Assembly: GCF_037042905.1 (NCBI RefSeq)
Contig: NC_087248.1
Coordinates: 11,284,001 to 11,348,000 of the forward strand
DNA from: Lytechinus pictus
Lineage: Eukaryota
Direction: 5' to 3'
DNA: 64,000 nucleotides
The notes under the pieces are model-generated. The model saw only the letters and a program-made list of their open reading frames with translations. It was not told the DNA's origin and made no database searches. Positions within the stretch are counted from its first letter, which is position 1. The number at the start of each line of letters is the position of its first letter. Of this stretch, positions 42,001 to 51,000 are shown piece after piece. Position numbers and translations under genes: made by a program.

Positions 42001-45000
42001 TAGATATCCAGTTTTGTGAAATAATGACGTCAGACCTCGATATATCCAAAAATATATCGAGGTCTGACGTCACGCAACATCATAGTTGAAATATATTCGG
42101 TCACATGATGCTACTTGAACCAATCACTATACAGGATTTACTCAATGTAGGATATAATATTATTTGTAAATTCGAAACAACATATCTGGGTAAAACAGTA
42201 CTTAAGTGTCCTGGCAAGAGTTTCTCATGTCACAAATTGATTAAAAAACCTGTAAGGGGGGGGGGAGGATAAATCAGCCCCAGTCTCTTCAGGATTGGTT
42301 TTATTTCTTCATGCAGTTCTTGTCTCTAGAATTTAACAGTGATTGGTTTGTATGTTACCAATGCAATGGGCCATGTTGCAGAATTGCACCTGTTCCCGAC
42401 AGTATGATCAAAATGATTCCAATGTTGTAATCTACAAGATGATTGTATCCTTCGAACAGACCTCTATGAATGCCTGCAGCAGAGGATATCTATATATGGG
42501 CAACTTAAAGGGACAGCAAACTGATCAACACTGTGTGGTTTCTCATTGGTGGCATGTTATTAAAGGACAAGTCCACCCCAACAAAAAGTTGATTTGAATA
42601 AATAGAGAAAAATCTAAGAAGCATAACACTGAAAATGTCATCAGAATTGGATGCAAATTGCAAAATAAGAAATTTATGACATTTTAAGTTTCGCTTAATT
42701 TCACAAAACAGTTATATGCACTTACTGGTTGGTATGCAAATAAGGGAATTGATGACATCACCCACTCACTATTTTGTATTTTATTATATGTAATATGAAA
42801 TATTATAATTTTCTTATTGTATGTCAAACTACATGTACCATTACTAGTACTTTAACATTTTATGGTTCAGTCAAGTTGGTCCTAATTGTAAAATCTGTAA
42901 TAATTAGAATATTGTATAATTCAAACAGTAAAATCAAAAGAAATAGTGAGTGAGAGATATCATGGACTCTCATTTGCATGTCACCAGGTTGTGCATATAA
43001 CAGTTTTGTGAAAAATAAGCAAAACTTTAAAATGTCGTAACTTTCTTATTTTACATCCACTTTTGATGAAATTTTCAGTTTTATGCTTTTTTAATTTTAT
43101 TAAAATCAATTTTTTCTAAAGGTGGACTTGACCTTTAATGGCTAGTCTTGGAATATACCTTTTGAGATAACCATTTATAATACAGAGAATAAATTAGCAT
43201 TATTTGTATAGAGAAACCAAAATGTTCATGAGAAGAACATGTTTCAATACTACTTGGTAATATAATTACTGTGATATGAATGGATTAAGTAGTGAATTAG
43301 CATGTTATTATTCAAGTGGGCCTATTCTACAAGACTACACTGCTGAGAACATTGCATTATGGGGTAGGAACCTGGCTAGATTTAAGAAGTTGAGGACTTT
43401 AGCTGGTGCTGTTAGTGCTGCTGGTACTCCCTTCAACATTTACTTCCTGTGCTCCGGAAATAAAAGCCTTGCAGCTCTCTATCATAATGATGCCCTCAAA
43501 GATGGTGGAGTTGTTTTCCGTGGGGTCCACTGATAGATCCACTGCGAGGGCCTTGTGGCCGCGGGTTGTACTGTAGCAGCCCACGTCCTCATGGACCAGG
43601 GAATATGGGTATTTACAGGTTTCCGTCAGGAACCACTGGTTCAGTCCGATCTCGCTGAACTGTTCAAAGCAAAAATTATTGGAAGACCATAAAAATGACT
43701 GTAATGATGATGATCCATCTCGTTTTGTCACATTGGAATGGTTTTTTTAGCACTGTAGAGATGTATTATTATCCGGTCATTGGGTTCTGAAGTAATAACT
43801 ACATGTGATTGATACAGAGTTTTTGCACTGAAATGCATGAAGATTCCTAGAACCGTGTTTCGTTCTTAAATCAACAATTCATAGGGTTTTTTTGGGGGGT
43901 AAATGATCTTATGGTATCAACAATAAAAATTTTGAAAATCATAGGGGTCCTTTTTGTAATTGCTCAAGGGTTATTTGTTGTCATGTTGACATTTTGGGGG
44001 TAAAATTAGATGGGCCACCTTTTTTTATTTGGGGGGGGGGGGCTACTTTTCACTGACTACTGCCTAAATTTGAAACATTAGATATTATAAGCTTTAACAT
44101 TGTACTGTAGGGAATGGGGATTTTTTGGCTCTTTTTATATCTTTCTCTGGCTTTTTTGAGAATTTCAGGGCGATATCACCCAAAGCCTTGTGTAAAGTTA
44201 TTCTGTAAAGAATCCTTCCTTACACCCCTATGTATGTTTTTAGCTTATGATTTTGCTATTACCTGAGGAAGTTGTACCAGCTTATTGTCCGATGTCAATG
44301 CAATGTCAATGGCCTTTGCGTCTATTATACTTTCACACAGAGGAGCAGATGTAGGGCCCCTCTTGACTCGAGCTGCACCATTTGACCGGGTCCTGCCCCG
44401 TAGGGATCTTTTCCTGAATAAAAGAGAGTTGGTGATAGTTGATAATAGTGGTGATGATGATAATTTCTGCCCGAGTTGAGTGCCGAATATCTTGTGACCA
44501 CAAATATCAGAGAGAGGTACATGTTCTTAGGTGCTACATATAGGTCAGCTACATGGGGATTTATCATTTAGAAGAAGAAAGGGTTACCAGTCAAGCATAT
44601 TGATAAAGTCATTTGAAACTTACAAACAGCTTTATGAAAAGGCCACCTTGGGGTGTTTCACAAAAAGTTACATACTGTAAGTAGGACTAACACGATTATT
44701 CAACTCAAGAATAGACCAATTTATGCAGACTTTCAAAATGGTATATTACTGCAATACCCTGATTTAATCTTTACTTTCCTGCACATGGTGTATCCATTTT
44801 TCTCTGAATATTCCAGGCAGAGTTTTCCATGGTGGAATAATCAAGTATGCTTCATTTAGATTGGTTTTCAGTGTTTGTGTGTTTTGATTCTGACATTGTA
44901 TGAATTCTTTCTGAAATGATATGCATACTCTTCAGAAAATGTTTGCAGTTTTATTGCACACCTCCCACCAATTAAAGTTCTGAGAGAGTATCTCTTTGAA

Positions 45001-48000
45001 TTCAAGGGTGACCTGTGACCTGTCCATCGGGAATGCTGCAGAAAATGCGATGCACTCATGGGTGCAAAGAATAGTTTGAGCAAAGAACAAAGGTCCTGTT
45101 TCTTAAAGACTTGATATACTAACAAATGCATGATTTCTATAACAAATTTACTATCAGCCAATCAGATTGAACAATTTCAGTAGCTTTCAACTGTTATTGC
45201 TCATTTGTAGTTTTATGAAACGGGGCCCAAATGTTGTCTTCTTGAACCGTTTATCTTGGTGAAGATTAACCTTAGAATGCACATATATGCTAAACCAACC
45301 CAACCTTATTGAATTTTTCACGCTGATATCACTTAGCAGCTTCACATCTCGAGACTGGTCTTTGAGTGTCCTATGGGAATCCCTAATGGTGTTAGCATTA
45401 GCATCTCGTCTCTTTCTCCGCCGCCTTGAGTCGCTTCCACTGCTACCGGAAGAGCCATAATTTCTCCATTCATAGCTGCGACTGCCACTGCTACTGCTAC
45501 TGCTACCTCCGTAATATCTCAAGATACTGTCATGGGTCTTTTCCTGTTGTTCACCAGAAGTACCTGGTGAAGATGAATCATCGAAAGAATCGCAGAGCTT
45601 TAAACAAGATTTAGCAGAGACTTTGTAGTTACAGAATTCAGGTTTAAGAACATTTATATCTCATATATTTGTGGAAATCATCCTTGTTTTAATGAGCGTT
45701 TGATATTTTGCAAGAGTTGTTTTATAAATAAAGAGGGATTTCACAGGATGTAGTCCAAAAATTGTGGAATAACTTACAAGCACGCTTACATTCTGCTTCA
45801 TCAAGAGAATCTTTGAAGACAAAACTAAAGAATTATTAATAAAAAAATCTAAAGCAAAAATGTGATATATTAAAGAAAACATAACCATGTCACTTTGAGA
45901 TTTAGAAAGCAACCCCCCCCCCAAAAAAAAAGTGCCTTCATGTATGCCTGTGCATTCCTTCATTTTTACACACTATTTTTTTGTCATGAGGAAACCTTAG
46001 TATTGTCCTTTGCATAAAATGCCTTCATTCTAACATTTTTCAATATCATGGTTTTAATGATCATCTTTAAGAAATTTTGTGTTACTGCATGTCATGAGAA
46101 TTCCGTCAATGAAAATTTATACAGACTTCTGGTACCACACTATCGCACCTGCTCACCTGCATCATCATCAGTTCTTCCCGGATTATTATCCAGGAATTCG
46201 TCCAGTTTCTCTTGATCCACTGGGTCTAAAAGTGACTCTGTCGGGACGTTGACCCGTGTTGCTGTTTCCTCGAGCTCAGTTGCCTCTTGGCTGGTGGAGA
46301 AGAACCCCCCGTACTGGGCCAGTATGGAGTCCCTCTGGTCGTTATTGAATTGGATAACGCAGGCTCCTTCTAGTTCTTCATCACCATGCAGTAGCTCCGG
46401 GTTCTCCTCCAGCATCTTGATAATCTGTATGGGATTGGCATAGAGTTAGGGTTGCCAGGATGATATTTGCGTACTATGACATAAAAGTATTCTTTACAAA
46501 TTTCTATATATCCACAACTTTATATTTTTACAGCCAGTTGTCTGAAGGCTTGGATGCAAAAAAGTTCTGAATGTCAACATTTCATTTTATTACTTACAAT
46601 GTAGGATTAAGTCAGTGCAATATTCTACATTGAGTAGAATATGAAATTAAGATATGAAACCTGAGATTAGTAATGTTTTATGTACATGTACACATTAGTA
46701 CACATTAGCAGTCTTTATTCATTTATGATGCTTAAACTTCAAAGGAAAAAATTAAATGAAAATTCAAATTTCGGCAAAAATCAAATGACGAAATCTGATC
46801 AAATATTAAAAGGTTTCAAGTAACATTATCCTTTGAATAGACCAGCTCAGAGTTATCTTGTTGGCAAGTTTTCTCACATAAAAAGGCAAATTTCGAAGAA
46901 AGATATTATGTAAGGTAAGCATGTCTGACATAGCAGGATTCAGAATTTGCCTAAATCAGGTGACTAGAATCGCATTTCAATAAACTCTTAGGGGTTTAAG
47001 TTATTTGTTGCATTTCTACTGAGGATGCATGTTGTGATTGCATTGTAAAATACCAGCCACTAATGGACACGTTTATGCTTTACAGTGGATCTAATGAAAA
47101 GCACAATATAAAAGCATAGGTGAATAACCAAGACCTCATAGATAACGCTAATGTCGTTGAATATTAAACCACCATGCCCTTTGAGTTCCAATAACCCTTT
47201 TCTGATCATGCACAGAATGGAACCATGAACTGGGTCCTGTAACACAAAGGTTAACGATCGATCACATGCTTCATTTTCACGATCGATTATACATTGTGGT
47301 CAATGCAATCAAGTACACAGATTTTCTTCTATGACGATTGCTAAGCTTTGTGTTACGGGCCCCCACTTGTTTAAACCTCACCTCTTCGCTGTTGAGAATG
47401 GTCTCAATCTGTTCGTCCGTCAACGTAAGCCTCGGGTGAGTGTCGTCTTTCGGGCAGAAGATTTCGCAGAACTTATCTTGAAAGAAATTGCCCCGTGCAA
47501 AGTTTGTCCGCTGCCCTGTGACCCCCGGCAGCCCCCCACCATGGCAGATTGAGAGGATGAGGACAAGGACAAATCCCAAATCCTTGTACTCCATCATGGC
47601 CTCAACCCGACCAATACTTTTCCTATCTCTCTCCTCTCCTCTTATGCGAATAATTACCTTTCTATTCAAGTTCCAAGAAGCCGGCAAATTATCTCTGATA
47701 TCCCTACAACCACATCACTGTGCTATGAGTATACAAATGTATAATTCCAGTCAAGCCTTTGCTTTGAATATAGCTCCGTCTTTATAACGAAACAACAAAT
47801 GAAGCCACAGATTTGGCAAGGTGAAACAATCATAAATATTATGCCCCTTGACCAAGCATAGATTATTTCCAGTATACAGCATATTTATGAGGACTTGTAG
47901 GATTCCTATTGATTATTTTTCTGAAGGGGATGCTGCAGAGATTGATTTTTGCCACATTGTGTTGCAAGGTGTCGGCTCTGTGTCCTTGAGCCTTATAGTC

Positions 48001-51000
48001 ATACAGCAAATACTGTGATAATCCTAACATCTTTCTCTCTATTTACCGCACTTCCCCAAGCTGTGAACTTCCGGGGAGAGCGGTCGTGCAGTAGCATCAG
48101 ACTTTACGCATAAAGATATAAATATACAGTCATACTTTCATCAGCCTTCCATCAGGTTTTAAAGGCCGCATTTATCTATTCCCCTTCAATGCAGTTCTTC
48201 TTGTGGTGTTTACCAAAGGAATGCAAGTACAAGCTGTAGAACCTGGGTATGAAGACCACTTTTCTCGTGATCCTCTGACTGGCCTTTGTACACAGTTATG
48301 CCCTTTTTGTGTGTTGTCGGATGGAACAGATGTAAAGGGCAAGGTTGCCTAGAATACTGATTGGGGAATTTCAGAGTTGTTGGGAAAAATGACCATATGA
48401 TGAACTATTAATATTTATAATCAATTGTACATTTTTTGGGGGGTACGTGATTTGCCAGAGACTTTAATCTTAGTTTGATATTAATTTTTCATGTCCTCCA
48501 ACATTTTCAAGGCCTTGGATTGAGATTTAAATGTGAATGAAAAAGATGGCTTAATTATATCAAGATGCGTGATAACTGAATAAATAGTAAGATAATAGAT
48601 TGATGCAATATTTAGTCACTGTTAGATCATAATAAAGTTTTTTTTTATGAAACTGCTCGACCAGATTTATATCTTACTAGTGGTTCCATGACATTTGCTC
48701 CAGCGACAATTGCTCCTCTATAAATTCCACACACTTATTGAATAACTATAAACTTCAACACTGAATTTATCACTATACCACACCCAAACCCTAAACCTAA
48801 CATAAAACCCTATTGCAAAGAAATAAAGCCCGTAGCCATTGTTTCATGAACAAATGTCTCCCATATTAGTAGTCTTCTTGAATCTACATCTAATATGAGT
48901 ATGTAACCTGAAAGTAAAGGGTCGCATTTTTGTAGTGCCGAGTTAAAACAACAGATTTGTAGAGCCATTGTTTTCCAGTTGAATCGTACGCGACTAGTGG
49001 AGACTAGTACCCAAGTGGAAATTTGTGGTGAGCTAAATTACGTCAGATTAGCGCCGTGACGTGTGAAAAATAAAATCAATATGACCAGTACCATTTCCAG
49101 TGAAAACAATACAGTGCCTGCAGGGGTGGTGCCATTAGCGTACACAGGATTTTTGAAAGGGGGGGTAGAGTTGAATGAAAATTTGACAAGCAAATGTAAA
49201 AAAAAGGTTTTTACCCCCAAAAAAATTAGAAAAATTACGTCATCTCGTAACCAAAAAAAATTGACAAGCAAAAAAAAAAGGTTTAAACTAGTTTTCAGAT
49301 CTGATAACTTTCATTGATTTTGATTGGCTGAGAAGCATTGTTACTATGGTAACTCGCATAAAACAGGACTTGTCGGATCTGACAAATCCTTTCATTTAAC
49401 GCTCTCCAGGAGTAGTCTTTGAATCCTGAAACCTCTCTGATTAAAGAGTCGGAACTAATTCACAGTACAGATGCCTCCATGCATTTCTTGTCTTAAAGGG
49501 ATGGTCCAGGCTGGAGATATTTATATCTCATTAAATAGAGTAAAATCCACAAAGCAAAATGCTGAAAATTTGATCGAAATTGGACGACAAATAACAAAGT
49601 TATTGAATTCCAAAGATTTGCATTATTCCAGTGAAACAGTTCTAGGCATGTCCTTAGGAATATTTATTAGGTGGGCTGATGATGTCCCATCCCCACTTGT
49701 TTTTTTCTTTTTTATTATATGAAATTAGGTTTATTCAAAATTTTTCTATCAAGAACTAAAACTATTCTAATTGACAACTGATTATGTGCATTAGTCATTT
49801 ATTGCTGCAACTTATTTCATCATAATAGAGACACATCATATACACATGTATGAAAAAATGAAACATTTATGATTTTATGTAATAACAGAAGAAAAAGGAA
49901 AGTGGGGATGTGACATCATCAACCTACCTAATGAATATTCATGATGATGTGCAGATAACTGTTTTCACAAAATATTGATAAACTTTAAAATTCAATAACT
50001 TCGTTATTTTTTATCCAATTTTGATGAAATTTTCAGCATTTTGCTCTGTGAATTTTACTCTATTTATTTAGATATACATGTAAATATCTTCCGCCTAGAC
50101 CATCCCTTTAATGAATAAGTTACTCCCTTCTTGTTTTAACTGTTTTATGAAACTGGCCCCAGGTTTTGATCAATTTAAATTGGCTATAAAATTTGAAACC
50201 AGTGTGGGATCCACTTGAGTCTGACCCCTCTGGTAGAAGTTTACAGCTGCTTATTCATTTAGTGTATGCATGCACTACGAAGCTACCTATCCCAGATTTG
50301 TACTTGGCATTGAAACACAACATATGTGTGTACAATGCAAATTACAATCAGAGTCATTTCCTTTCCTCCAGATTACCTTGATTTTGTTCTCATTTCTCAC
50401 ACTTGAAATACTCATATTAAACAAAAGACCGGTAATAACTTGGTTGCATGCTTGTTATGAATACATGCATTTTGTTATAAAACCCATGGCAGTTTTTGCA
50501 TGTACAGTGGTGCTGAAAAGTTAGTGAACCCCACCAGAAAATAAATAATTCAAAGGTGTTTAAGTTCTGCCATGTTTTAGATATTTAATTGTGAAGTCAG
50601 GTGATAAAATATTACATTCAATAGAGTTTCTCTGGGCCCACCGAACATTGTTGCATTGTTGTCTATATTCAACACTCGGCATGAAGGAGTGCATTTTGTG
50701 GTGGAGTTCACTAACTTTTGAGCATAGAAGTATGAAACAATATTTTCAGTCATGCCTGCATTGACATTACAGTGCAAAAATATGTATCATATTCGTAACT
50801 CTGATATTCTTAGGTGTTTTTTTTTTAAATCTATTATGCAGGAATTTTGTAATTTCTGTGCTTTTATTGAATTTAAAATCAACTTGCAGTGAGGGTGAGC
50901 TTCCCCTTGGAGAACAAAGATGACTGATGTGACATTAAGATTATAAATATGTATTTCACAAAAGTATGTGTATCTCTAGCGAATGTCATTTTGTGCTGCC

